From NCBI GenBank assembly GCA_964650035.1, contig CAZYSH010000003.1, positions 1-39,536 on the forward strand: a DNA stretch of 39,536 bases, given 5' to 3'. Position numbers and translations under genes: made by a program. This document shows, in pieces, positions 1-7,935 of the stretch. The stretch is from an uncultured Candidatus Saccharibacteria bacterium. GTDB taxonomy: Bacteria > Patescibacteriota > Minisyncoccia > Portnoybacterales > UBA2143. The first letter of the stretch is position 1. Each line of letters begins with the position of its first letter. The notes beneath the pieces were generated by a model that saw nothing but the letters and a program-made list of their open reading frames with translations, was not told the origin of the DNA and made no database searches.

Positions 1-11
1 CGGTTTGGGAC

Positions 12-39
12 TTGACAAAGTATGTCAGTATGTTATAAT
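12..39 (+). promoter_or_regulatory. sigma70-type promoter candidate for ORF 151-795
   Basis: TTGACA at 12-17 and TATAAT at 34-39, both perfect consensus hexamers, 16-nt spacer. Confidence 0.55.
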
Positions 40-150
40 TACAACAAGATTACTTAGTTCTTTAATATGTAAATTTTGCGGCCTATTACGCAACATTCAG
101 AATGAAATATCGAGGAATAGGACTCGATAAATAATTAGGGAGGGAAAATA

Positions 151-795
151 ATGAGAGATGAAAAGTATAACAGAATGGCAAAGGTCCCCGAAGGAAAAAT
201 TTTGGTAGTTCCGCCTTATGCAATTCCAAAAAAAGATAATCCGGAATTGTTTCTAGGCGTAGGTTTCTATCGAGCCAGCATTCAGGGCGAGGAACTTATG
301 GAATACTGTTTTGAAATCGGATCTATTCTTAATGACGGGGAAAGTATGGAGGTGAGCCAAAAAACTTATGTTCATGGCGATCCAAGGTACTATCCTCATG
401 GATTTCGAAATCAAAACGGGAAAGTGGTAGAATTTGATCCCCTGAAAGATGAAAAAAAGGCATATGCCAAAACTAAAGCGGAGGAACTTAAAAGTCTGGG
501 ACTTCGTCATGATCAGGCCTGGAAGATTCTAAAAGCTTGTGGTCCAGGATATATCTCTCAAACAATCGCTTATGCGAATAGTTTGAGAGAGTCTGGCCAC
601 AGCCCTGATTTGATCTGGCTGATTTTCGGTGGTGCTAAAGGAACAAGCGAGGAATACGGTTTTGGTTATTCACGAACGATTGAAGCTCTTCGTGAGGCGG
701 GAATTAAACCGCCTGAAATTGGCACCTGGAGTGGACTTTATCGAATCCTGAAGGGGGCAAGGCTTCTCGTAAGAGTCCTTCCCTTCACAGGTTAA
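151..795 (+). CDS. hypothetical protein, 214 aa, no recognisable family
   Basis: ATG preceded by AGGGAGGG (137-144); long uninterrupted ORF; hairpin plus T-run downstream. Confidence 0.7.
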   Translation: MRDEKYNRMAKVPEGKILVVPPYAIPKKDNPELFLGVGFYRASIQGEELMEYCFEIGSILNDGESMEVSQKTYVHGDPRYYPHGFRNQNGKVVEFDPLKDEKKAYAKTKAEELKSLGLRHDQAWKILKACGPGYISQTIAYANSLRESGHSPDLIWLIFGGAKGTSEEYGFGYSRTIEALREAGIKPPEIGTWSGLYRILKGARLLVRVLPFTG

Positions 796-812
796 CAAAT
801 AAAAGATGTTTT

Positions 813-846
813 GAGCGGATCATCTCTAAAAAACCGCTCTTTTTCG
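813..846 (+). terminator. possible intrinsic terminator after ORF 151-795
   Basis: GAGCGG (813-818) / CCGCTC (834-839) stem followed by TTTTT; loop is large, so weak. Confidence 0.4.
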
Positions 847-1084
847 ATAAGTAAAAAAGATAAAAAGGCGTTATACCACAATTTAAAAGAGACTAAACAA
901 ATATAGCTTAGTCCCTTGTTAAGGTTATGGAATTTTTAAGAAAAAATCAAACCGATTGTTTTGTACTTTCCGACGTAGAGAGAATAAGTCGGATTTCCTT
1001 TCTGTTGCCAGGACGAAATAAGTTCGCCCCCGGTGGTTCCAAAACGAGTAATCTCTCATTACTCTCCCGCCAGGCAGACTAAAC

Positions 1085-1288
1085 TTAGTCAGATTCTGTT
1101 ATTAAGCAGTGAAGCTCAAGTAGAGAATCTGCTTCTTCTCGAAGATTGTGTCTTTCGAGATATAGGCATTCAGCTAAGACTGCTTTTTCGTCACGCAGAT
1201 TTAGCTGAGGCGGCGACATCTTGAATCCCTCTGTCCAAGAATATACACCGTAGTGCCCTAAGCTAGTCTTTATGATTTGGCGGTTCAT
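1085..1288 (-). CDS. candidate small protein, 67 aa (alternatively part of a structured transcript)
   Basis: ATG at 1288 preceded by GGGGA with 5-nt spacing; promoter-like TTGACA/TAGTAT upstream; no family recognised. Confidence 0.3.
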   Translation of the reverse strand: MNRQIIKTSLGHYGVYSWTEGFKMSPPQLNLRDEKAVLAECLYLERHNLREEADSLLELHCLITESD

Positions 1289-1321
1289 AGTTATCCCCGC
1301 CAAGCTTAAGAACTATCTCTC

Positions 1322-1349
1322 ATACTAACAATTTTCAATAATTTGTCAA
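1322..1349 (-). promoter_or_regulatory. sigma70-type promoter candidate pointing leftwards into the 846-1320 region
   Basis: minus-strand TTGACA (1349-1344), 16-nt spacer, TAGTAT (1327-1322). Confidence 0.45.
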
Positions 1350-1362
1350 GTGCTGTATGGGG

Positions 1363-1390
1363 TTTACAAATTTTGAAAAAATGATAAAAT
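1363..1390 (+). promoter_or_regulatory. promoter candidate for mntA-hepT(-grpE)
   Basis: TTTACA (1363-1368), 16-nt spacer, TAAAAT (1385-1390); if used, the mntA start is 1398 or 1410 rather than 1389. Confidence 0.35.
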
Positions 1391-1805
1391 GATAGTGATG
1401 GTTAAAGAGATGAATATTCAACTTAATCAAAGAGTATTAAAAAGCCAACAAGTAGGGTTAGCGCTTGTTTTTGGTTCTCAAATTACTGGAGCAAAGCATC
1501 CTAAAAGCGATATTGACATAGGTATTGTTTTCAGCGATAACAGCCATAGAAAGCAAAATCCGGTTGAAGTTTATGGAGTCCTTCGGGAAGAATTTATTAA
1601 AAGATTTAAAACAAAAAAAATTGATATTGTTTATCTGGAAGATTCGCCTTTAAGTTTGCAATACAAGGCAGTGAGGGATGGCGCTGTTTTATACGAGGCC
1701 TCCTCCTCTTTTTTTGCTGATTATAAAGAAAAAGTTCTAAAAATGTATTTTGATTTTAAGTTTGTTGAAGATATTTTTAATCAAGCGATAGTTAAACCAG
1801 CTTAA
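1389..1805 (+). CDS. mntA: MntA-type nucleotidyltransferase antitoxin (MNT domain)
   Basis: GS-x10-DxD motif (FGSQITGAKHPKSDIDIGIVF); sits 3 nt upstream of a HEPN gene; in-frame alternative starts at 1398 and 1410. Confidence 0.85.
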   Translation: MIVMVKEMNIQLNQRVLKSQQVGLALVFGSQITGAKHPKSDIDIGIVFSDNSHRKQNPVEVYGVLREEFIKRFKTKKIDIVYLEDSPLSLQYKAVRDGAVLYEASSSFFADYKEKVLKMYFDFKFVEDIFNQAIVKPA

Positions 1806-1808
1806 TTT

Positions 1809-2267
1809 ATGATTAAACAAGCATCAATTGATAAGAATAAAATAAGGAATTTAATTGCTGATGTTCAGGAAAATATTAACGAGCTTTCTGAGTTGTCTAA
1901 ATTGAATTTAAAAGAATTTAAATCAGACAAGAAAAATTATGGTTTGGCTGAGCATTATTTGCGGCGTTCGTTAGAAGGAATTTTGACTATTGGGACACAT
2001 TTTCTTTCACGTTTGCCAGTCAAAACAAAAGATTATCAGGAAATAATTGTTTCTTTAGGAGAGCAAAATATTATTCCAAAAGATTTTGCGGAAAGAAATA
2101 AAAAGTTGGCTGGTTATAGAAATAGATTGGTTCATATGTATTGGGAAGTTTCAAAAGAAGAAATGCATCAGATTATTAATCAACATCTTGACGATCTTAA
2201 TAAATTTTGCGATTATTTTAAGCAAGTTCTGCAAAATCCAGAAAAACTCGGATTAAAAGTTGAATAG
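1809..2267 (+). CDS. hepT: HepT-type HEPN (DUF86) toxin
   Basis: R-x4-H HEPN motif (YRNRLVHMYW); canonical MNT-then-HEPN gene order. Confidence 0.85.
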   Translation: MIKQASIDKNKIRNLIADVQENINELSELSKLNLKEFKSDKKNYGLAEHYLRRSLEGILTIGTHFLSRLPVKTKDYQEIIVSLGEQNIIPKDFAERNKKLAGYRNRLVHMYWEVSKEEMHQIINQHLDDLNKFCDYFKQVLQNPEKLGLKVE

Positions 2268-2268
2268 A

Positions 2269-2766
2269 ATGAAATATAAAAATCAAGGTAAAAAAATTAA
2301 GTATATTTCTGAAGAGTCGGAAAATTCTGTAATTCAAACTAAAAAATTAAAGGCAAAGTTAAAAAAGTGTCAAAAAGGTAAAGAGGAATATCTGACCCAG
2401 GCCCAGCGTGCCCGGGCTGATTTGGTTAATTATCGGCGGCGGCAGGAAGAAATTTTGGAAGAATTAAGAAAGTTCGGCCAGGCAAATCTAATTAACGAAT
2501 TGCTGTCCGTTTTGGAAAGTTTAGAAGCAGGGGTTAAGAAAAATAAAGATTTAGAACAAGTCAAGAATCAAATGGACAATATCTTGGGGAAATATGGCTT
2601 GGAAGAAATTAAGACAAAAGGCGAGCAATTTAATCCTCAATTCCATGAAGCGGTTGAACAGGTGGAGTCGGGGAAGAAAAAAGGAATAATTGTTGAAGAA
2701 ATCCGAAAAGGATATTTATTGAATAATAAGATCTTAAGACCGAGTAAAGTTAAGGTGGCAGGATAA
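2269..2766 (+). CDS. grpE: nucleotide exchange factor GrpE
   Basis: GrpE-like coiled-coil plus C-terminal domain (ADLVNYRRR..., FNPQFHEAV); ATG at 2269 preferred over the TTG at 2260. Confidence 0.9.
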   Translation: MKYKNQGKKIKYISEESENSVIQTKKLKAKLKKCQKGKEEYLTQAQRARADLVNYRRRQEEILEELRKFGQANLINELLSVLESLEAGVKKNKDLEQVKNQMDNILGKYGLEEIKTKGEQFNPQFHEAVEQVESGKKKGIIVEEIRKGYLLNNKILRPSKVKVAG

Positions 2767-2783
2767 ATAATAGAGGAAGTTGA

Positions 2784-2827
2784 GAGTTAGGAGTCGGACT
2801 CCCAATTGGGAGTCCGACTCCTAACTC
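2784..2827. repeat. perfect 20-bp-arm palindrome made of two tandem 19-nt SD-like units
   Basis: GAGTTAGGAGTCGGACTCCC-AATT-GGGAGTCCGACTCCTAACTC; units TTAGGAGT-CGG-ACTCCCAA (2787-2805) and TTGGGAGT-CCG-ACTCCTAA (2806-2824). Confidence 0.9.
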
Positions 2828-2921
2828 CCACAAATTAATAATCAATAATCAATTTTCATTTAATTATTAATTTATTAGTTTTCAATTGATAATTGTAAAT
2901 TGAAAATTGAGAATTAAACTT

Positions 2922-3359
2922 ATGCCGATTAAATGGCAGCCATTTAAAGATTTAGAGAGACCCTTTCAATCACCTGATGCTTTTGGGGGTGATGAATGGG
3001 TTCCTTTTGTGCCAAGTTTTCGAGCAGAAGAGCCGGTTTTAGATATTTATCAGGATAAAAATAATCTTTATGTTGAAATTCCTTTAGTCGGGATTGAACC
3101 AAAGGATGTAAAGATTTCTATTGATGATAATATTTTAACTATTGAAGGAAAGATTGAGGAAAAAAAAGAGACAAAAAACAAAGATTATTTAAGAAAAGAG
3201 ATTAAGCGCGGTTCTTTCCGTCGGTCAGTTAAACTGCCAGTGGAGGTAAAAGAGAACAAGGCCAAAGCTGAAAGCTCAAGTGGTATTCTTAAAATTACTA
3301 TTCCTAAGACAGCTAAAACGATTTCCAAGAGCAAGGAAATTCCGATTAGGATCAAGTAA
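2922..3359 (+). CDS. small heat-shock protein, Hsp20/alpha-crystallin family
   Basis: alpha-crystallin domain pattern (DIYQDKNNLYVEIPLVGIEPKDVKISIDDNILTIEG...GSFRRSVKLP); ATG at 2922 preferred over the TTG at 2907. Confidence 0.9.
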   Translation: MPIKWQPFKDLERPFQSPDAFGGDEWVPFVPSFRAEEPVLDIYQDKNNLYVEIPLVGIEPKDVKISIDDNILTIEGKIEEKKETKNKDYLRKEIKRGSFRRSVKLPVEVKENKAKAESSSGILKITIPKTAKTISKSKEIPIRIK

Positions 3360-3373
3360 ATTTGTAGTAATCC

Positions 3374-3442
3374 AGAGGCGTCGTTCTGAAAATGACGCCC
3401 TCCGGCAAGCCGAAGGGACATCATTTTACAGGACAAGCCTCT
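3374..3442. repeat. hairpin family 2, copy 1 (long imperfect hairpin just upstream of dnaK)
   Basis: AGAGGC...GCCTCT closing pairs, apical CCCTCCGGCAAGCCGAAGGG; near-identical arms recur at 8652-8722. Confidence 0.85.
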
Positions 3443-3452
3443 TAGACCTTAT

Positions 3453-5315
3453 ATGAATAAAATTATTGGTATTGATTTGGGAACTTCTAACTCTGCGGCC
3501 GCGGTCGTGGAAGCCGGCAAGCCAACTATAATCCCTTCGGCTGAAGGAACGGTCGTTGGCGGCGGCAAGGCATTTCCATCTTATGTTACTTTTGATAAAG
3601 ATAATAATTTATTAGTGGGCGAGCCAGCCCGTCGGCAGGCAGTAACTAATCCAGATAATACTGTTTCAGCATTCAAGCGCAAGATGGGGACAAATGAAAA
3701 AATTACTTTAAGAGGTAAAGAATATACTCCACAGCAATTATCCGCTTTTGTTTTACAAAAAATTAAAAAAGACGCCGAGGCTTTCTTAGGCGAGCCGATT
3801 TCTAAGGCGGTAATTACTGCGCCTGCGTATTTTAATGACGCTCAAAGACAGGCCACTAAAGACGCGGGCTCTATTGCCGGTCTGGAAGTGGAAAGAATTA
3901 TTAATGAACCAACTGCCGCTTCATTGGCTTATGGAATTGATAAAACAGGTCAGGAAGAAAAGATTTTAGTTTTTGATTTTGGCGGAGGAACTTTAGATGT
4001 AACTATTATGGATTTTGGCGATGGTGTTTTTGAAGTTAAATCAACTTCGGGCGATACCCAGTTAGGCGGCACAGATATGGACGAACTTTTAACTGATTAT
4101 ATTATTGAAGAATTTAAAAAAGAAAATAATATTGATTTAAATGGGGATAAGACGGCTTTACAACGAGTTAAGGAAGCGGCGGAAAAAGCTAAGATTGAAC
4201 TTTCTTCTACTTTAGAAACAGATATTAATTTGCCTTTTCTTAGCGCGGATGGAGTAGGGCCTAAACATTTAACCCTTAAAATTACCCGAGCTAAACTAGA
4301 AGAATTAGTTAAACCAATTGTTGAAAAATGTAGAGGTCCTATGGAGCAGTCATTAAAGGACGCTAAGTTGACGCCGCAAGGTATTAGTAAAGTTATTTTG
4401 GTTGGCGGACCGACTCGTATGCCTTTAGTTCAGCAGTTTGTGGAAGATTATGTAGGTAAGAAAATTGAAAGAGGGGTTGACCCCATGGAGTGTGTGGCCA
4501 TGGGCGCTGCTATTCAGGGCGGAATTCTAACCGGCGAGACTAAAGATGTTCTTTTATTAGACGTTACTCCTTTAACTTTAGGAATTGAAACTTTGGGCCA
4601 AGTAATGACTCCTTTGATTGAGAGGAACACAACTATTCCGACTTCTAAATCGCAGATTTTTTCTACGGCGGCTGATAATCAACCAGCCGTAGATATCCAT
4701 GTCTTACAAGGTGAAAGGCCAATGTCCGCGGATAACCGAACTTTAGGCAAGTTTATCTTAGACGGCATTCCGCCCGCGCCGCGGGGCGTGCCCCAAATTG
4801 AAGTTACTTTTGATATTGACGCTAACGGGATTTTAAATGTCAGCGCTAAAGACAAAGGCACAGGTAAAGAACAGAAAATCACTATTACTGATTCCTCCGC
4901 TTTATCCGAGGAAGATATTGAAAAAATGAGGCAAGAAGCAGAGACGCATGCTGCTGAGGATAGAAAGAGAAAAGAGTTAATTGAGGCCCGCAATCAAGCT
5001 GATACTTTAATCTTTTCTACAGAAAAAGCGCTTAAAGAGGCCGGCGATAAAGTTAAAGCGGAAGACAAAAAAGAAGTTGAGGAAAAATTAGAAGCGCTTA
5101 AAAAGCTTAAAGACGGCAACGAAGTTGAAGAATTAAAAAAAGCGATTGATGAATTGTCGCAGGTAATTCAGAAAATCGGCGCTCAATTATATCAAAAAGT
5201 CCAGGAAGAAAAAGCCGAACAGAGCGAACCGGAAATTAAGGGAGAGAAATCCGCCTCTACTGAAGCTACAGCGGACAAAGCAACAGAAGGAGAGTATGAG
5301 GAAGTGAAAAAATAA
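3453..5315 (+). CDS. dnaK: molecular chaperone DnaK (Hsp70)
   Basis: [19 protein letters not shown] and [11 protein letters not shown] motifs; acidic C-terminus. Confidence 0.98.
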   Translation: MNKIIGIDLGTSNSAAAVVEAGKPTIIPSAEGTVVGGGKAFPSYVTFDKDNNLLVGEPARRQAVTNPDNTVSAFKRKMGTNEKITLRGKEYTPQQLSAFVLQKIKKDAEAFLGEPISKAVITAPAYFNDAQRQATKDAGSIAGLEVERIINEPTAASLAYGIDKTGQEEKILVFDFGGGTLDVTIMDFGDGVFEVKSTSGDTQLGGTDMDELLTDYIIEEFKKENNIDLNGDKTALQRVKEAAEKAKIELSSTLETDINLPFLSADGVGPKHLTLKITRAKLEELVKPIVEKCRGPMEQSLKDAKLTPQGISKVILVGGPTRMPLVQQFVEDYVGKKIERGVDPMECVAMGAAIQGGILTGETKDVLLLDVTPLTLGIETLGQVMTPLIERNTTIPTSKSQIFSTAADNQPAVDIHVLQGERPMSADNRTLGKFILDGIPPAPRGVPQIEVTFDIDANGILNVSAKDKGTGKEQKITITDSSALSEEDIEKMRQEAETHAAEDRKRKELIEARNQADTLIFSTEKALKEAGDKVKAEDKKEVEEKLEALKKLKDGNEVEELKKAIDELSQVIQKIGAQLYQKVQEEKAEQSEPEIKGEKSASTEATADKATEGEYEEVKK

Positions 5316-5322
5316 GGAGGTT

Positions 5323-6156
5323 ATGCATAAAATTAATCGGATTACTCAATCAGTTATTATCGGTTTAACCACTTTAGTCGCCACAGTTAGTTGGGCTGGG
5401 TTAAAAGGTATTCTATTTGAAAATGGCAACTGGCTTTGGTCCAGTATTGGCTTTTTTATTTTGCTGATTTTTCTAAATTTAAATTGGCTTTTAGCTAAAT
5501 CAAAAGCGATTTTGTTAATCACGCTTTTTTTTGTTTTAGTCAGTTTTTTCTTTTCTTTTGGTTTTAAATTAGAATATTTAGCTGTTTTATTTGCTGCTTT
5601 TTTGCTTTTTTATTTGGCTTCTCAAAGAGCGATTAGTGAAAAGGAGATTAGAATTAAAATTGAAGTGGTTAAAATCCTTAAACGCGGATTGCCCTTTATT
5701 TTAACCGGCCTGGCTTTGATTATTGCCACGGTTTATTATTTTTCTCCTTTAGCTTTAAGCGGTCAGAACGAAATTGTTATTCCTCGTCCTTTATTTGATA
5801 GAATTATTGAACCAATTTTAAAAACAGTTGAAGGACAAATGCCGGTCAATCAATTGGAGCAAGTTTTAGGTCAATTTAACATTCATTTAGATTCAGAAGC
5901 TAATTTAATGAATCAGGAAATTAAAGATAATATTTATCAATCACTTAATACGGAAATTAATAAGCAAAGTCAAGCATATATTGGGTATTTAACCCTTGGT
6001 TTGGCCATAGGACTTTTCTTTGCTTTAAAGGTTTTAGGCATCCCGTTTATGTGGTTGGTTATTTTATTGACTTGGCTTATTTTCAAAATTTTAGTTGCCA
6101 GCGGGGCGATTAAAATCCAGGAACAGGCAGTTTTAAAAGAAGTGATAGAGGTATAA
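5323..6156 (+). CDS. multi-pass membrane protein of unknown function
   Basis: strong SD AAGGAGG 2 nt before the ATG; several hydrophobic helices; lies between dnaK and dnaJ. Confidence 0.75.
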   Translation: MHKINRITQSVIIGLTTLVATVSWAGLKGILFENGNWLWSSIGFFILLIFLNLNWLLAKSKAILLITLFFVLVSFFFSFGFKLEYLAVLFAAFLLFYLASQRAISEKEIRIKIEVVKILKRGLPFILTGLALIIATVYYFSPLALSGQNEIVIPRPLFDRIIEPILKTVEGQMPVNQLEQVLGQFNIHLDSEANLMNQEIKDNIYQSLNTEINKQSQAYIGYLTLGLAIGLFFALKVLGIPFMWLVILLTWLIFKILVASGAIKIQEQAVLKEVIEV

Positions 6157-6160
6157 ATCC

Positions 6161-6219
6161 GAGGTTGAACCTTAAAATTACGAACCTCGTAGAGGTTCGT
6201 AATTTTAAGGTTCAACCTC
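6161..6219. repeat. perfect 28-bp hairpin with 3-nt loop (terminator-like, no U-tract)
   Basis: GAGGTTGAACCTTAAAATTACGAACCTC-GTA-GAGGTTCGTAATTTTAAGGTTCAACCTC; ends 7 nt before the dnaJ ATG. Confidence 0.9.
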
Positions 6220-6226
6220 TACCCTT

Positions 6227-7303
6227 ATGACAAAAGATTATTATCAGATTTTGGGAGTGCCTAAAGGCGCTTCAGAAGGAGAAATAAAAAAAGTATATCG
6301 TAAATTAGCGCTTAAATATCATCCAGACAAAGCGCCCAAAAGCAAGAAAAAAGAATACGAAGAAAAATTTAAAGAGATTAGCGAGGCCTACCGAATTCTT
6401 TCTGATAAGGATAAAAGAGCGCAGTATGACCAATATGGTCAAACTTTTGAACAGAATGGTTTTGGCCAGCAGGACTTTCGTTCTTTTTATGATGTTTTTG
6501 GCGGACAGGATATTTTTGAAGATTTAGGATTTGGCCGTATTTTTGAACAAATGTTTGGTTTCGGCCCGAGAACTAAAAGAGCTGCCAGTTACGGTCAGGA
6601 TATTGTTATAGATATTGATATTGATTTAGAAGACGCTTTTAAGGGAATTAAAAAAGAAGTTGATTTGCGAAAGTTAGTCGCTTGTTCAGAGTGCCAAGGC
6701 AAAGGCGGAAAAAAATTTAAAAAATGTTCAGTTTGCGGGGGAGTTGGCTATCAGCAAATACAGAATAACAGCATCTTTGGGATGATTTTTCAACAAAGAG
6801 TTTGTCAACAGTGTCACGGTCAGGGGGAAGTGCCGGAAGAAATCTGTAAAAAATGCCACGGTCAAGGAAGAATTAAAGAGAATAAGAAAATTGCCATTAC
6901 TATTCCCAAAGGCATTAAAGATGGACAAACTTTGAAAATGACTGGGCAAGGCGAAACGGCTCCTTACAATGGAGAGCCCGGGGACCTTTTTGTTAACATT
7001 CATATCCGGCCTCATCAGAATTTTGAGAGGCAGGACGATAGTTTGATTTATAATCTGAATATTAGCTTCACTCAAGCTTGTTTAGGTGGTAAAATAGAAA
7101 TACCAACTTTAGAAAACAAAGTTAATTTAAAAATTCCGGCTGGCGTTCAGTCTGGAGAAATGATAAGATTAAGAGGTAAAGGTATGCCTCGATTATATGA
7201 ACGAAAAGAAGGAGATTTAATCGTTAAAGTTCAAGTTGAAGTGCCTAAAAAACTTTCCCGCCAGCAGAGAAAATTGATTGAGGAATTGGGGAATCTTACT
7301 TAA
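6227..7303 (+). CDS. dnaJ: co-chaperone DnaJ
   Basis: J domain with HPD (KYHPDK), four CxxCxGxG-type zinc-finger repeats, C-terminal domains. Confidence 0.96.
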   Translation: MTKDYYQILGVPKGASEGEIKKVYRKLALKYHPDKAPKSKKKEYEEKFKEISEAYRILSDKDKRAQYDQYGQTFEQNGFGQQDFRSFYDVFGGQDIFEDLGFGRIFEQMFGFGPRTKRAASYGQDIVIDIDIDLEDAFKGIKKEVDLRKLVACSECQGKGGKKFKKCSVCGGVGYQQIQNNSIFGMIFQQRVCQQCHGQGEVPEEICKKCHGQGRIKENKKIAITIPKGIKDGQTLKMTGQGETAPYNGEPGDLFVNIHIRPHQNFERQDDSLIYNLNISFTQACLGGKIEIPTLENKVNLKIPAGVQSGEMIRLRGKGMPRLYERKEGDLIVKVQVEVPKKLSRQQRKLIEELGNLT

Positions 7304-7311
7304 TATAATAT

Positions 7312-7857
7312 ATGGCCGCGACTTATTCGTTTTTATCAAGTTTTCATATTGGCGCAGCTTCGGGCTGGGATGTTTTTATTACCCTTGTTTTTTTAATTGC
7401 TGTTTTGATTTATGGTCTATTTCTCGGCCGTAACCGCATGCTCGTTTTGCTAATCAGTAGTTATTTTTCTCTTTTAATTGTCCAGAATATCCCTTGGTGG
7501 AAATTAAGTTCAATTGGCTGGCTGGGTATAGAACAAAGTCCTACTTCTTCCTTAAGAATTATTCTTTTCTTGGGTATTATTCTTTTACTCTATTTTCTTA
7601 TTCCTCGTTCAGTTTTAACTTCAACTTTTCGTCTAAGAAGAAGAGGACCTGCTTCTTGGTGGCAGTTGCTTGTTTTAGCGGTTGTTCAAGTTGGTTTACT
7701 GGCCATGGTTATTCTTTCTTTTTTACCCCAGGAAGCAATTGCTAATCTTGGTTCAGTTATTAAAAAGCTCTTTATTGGCCCTGAAGCCCAATTTGTTTGG
7801 ATTATTTTACCCATTTTAACAATGGTTTTAGTAAAAAAAAGGAAGAAACTTGATTAA
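7312..7857 (+). CDS. integral membrane protein (CvpA-like topology, weak call)
   Basis: 4-5 hydrophobic segments, basic C-terminus; no motif recognised. Confidence 0.7.
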   Translation: MAATYSFLSSFHIGAASGWDVFITLVFLIAVLIYGLFLGRNRMLVLLISSYFSLLIVQNIPWWKLSSIGWLGIEQSPTSSLRIILFLGIILLLYFLIPRSVLTSTFRLRRRGPASWWQLLVLAVVQVGLLAMVILSFLPQEAIANLGSVIKKLFIGPEAQFVWIILPILTMVLVKKRKKLD

Positions 7858-7865
7858 TTAAGGTC

Positions 7866-7927
7866 TGAGGCCGTACCTCAAAACTACTACCCTTTGCAAA
7901 GGGTAGTAGTTTTGAGGTACGGCCTCA
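7866..7927. repeat. perfect 62-nt palindrome (31-nt arms)
   Basis: TGAGGCCGTACCTCAAAACTACTACCCTTTG (7866-7896) is the exact reverse complement of 7897-7927. Confidence 0.9.
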
Positions 7928-7935
7928 ATTATTTT

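Noticed and set aside
950-1320. Possible RNase P RNA, tmRNA or SRP RNA gene in the structured non-coding stretch
   Set aside because: On both strands I found no GGAAAGUCC-type P4 motif with a matching ACAGAANNCGGCUUA partner. There was also no tRNA-like acceptor/T-arm with a 3' CCA paired to a 5' GGGG. Nor did I find a plausible tmRNA tag frame ending in hydrophobic residues, or the SRP domain IV motif. A few partial look-alikes (GGGGGCGAAC..UUUCGUCC, ACAGAAAGG..CCGACUUAU) do not sit in a consistent architecture.
1-1350. Left end of the window as a compositionally distinct (higher GC) horizontally acquired island
   Set aside because: Hand counts over 60-nt stretches of ORF 151-795 gave about 37-43% GC, similar to dnaK (about 42% in the stretch counted). 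Composition alone therefore does not support foreign origin.
7494-7745. 83-aa plus-strand ORF overlapping the 7312-7857 membrane gene in another frame
   Set aside because: It lies wholly within a longer ORF that has coherent TM-helix organisation. Its composition is rich in Phe, Ser and Tyr, as expected for an out-of-frame reading of T-rich codons.
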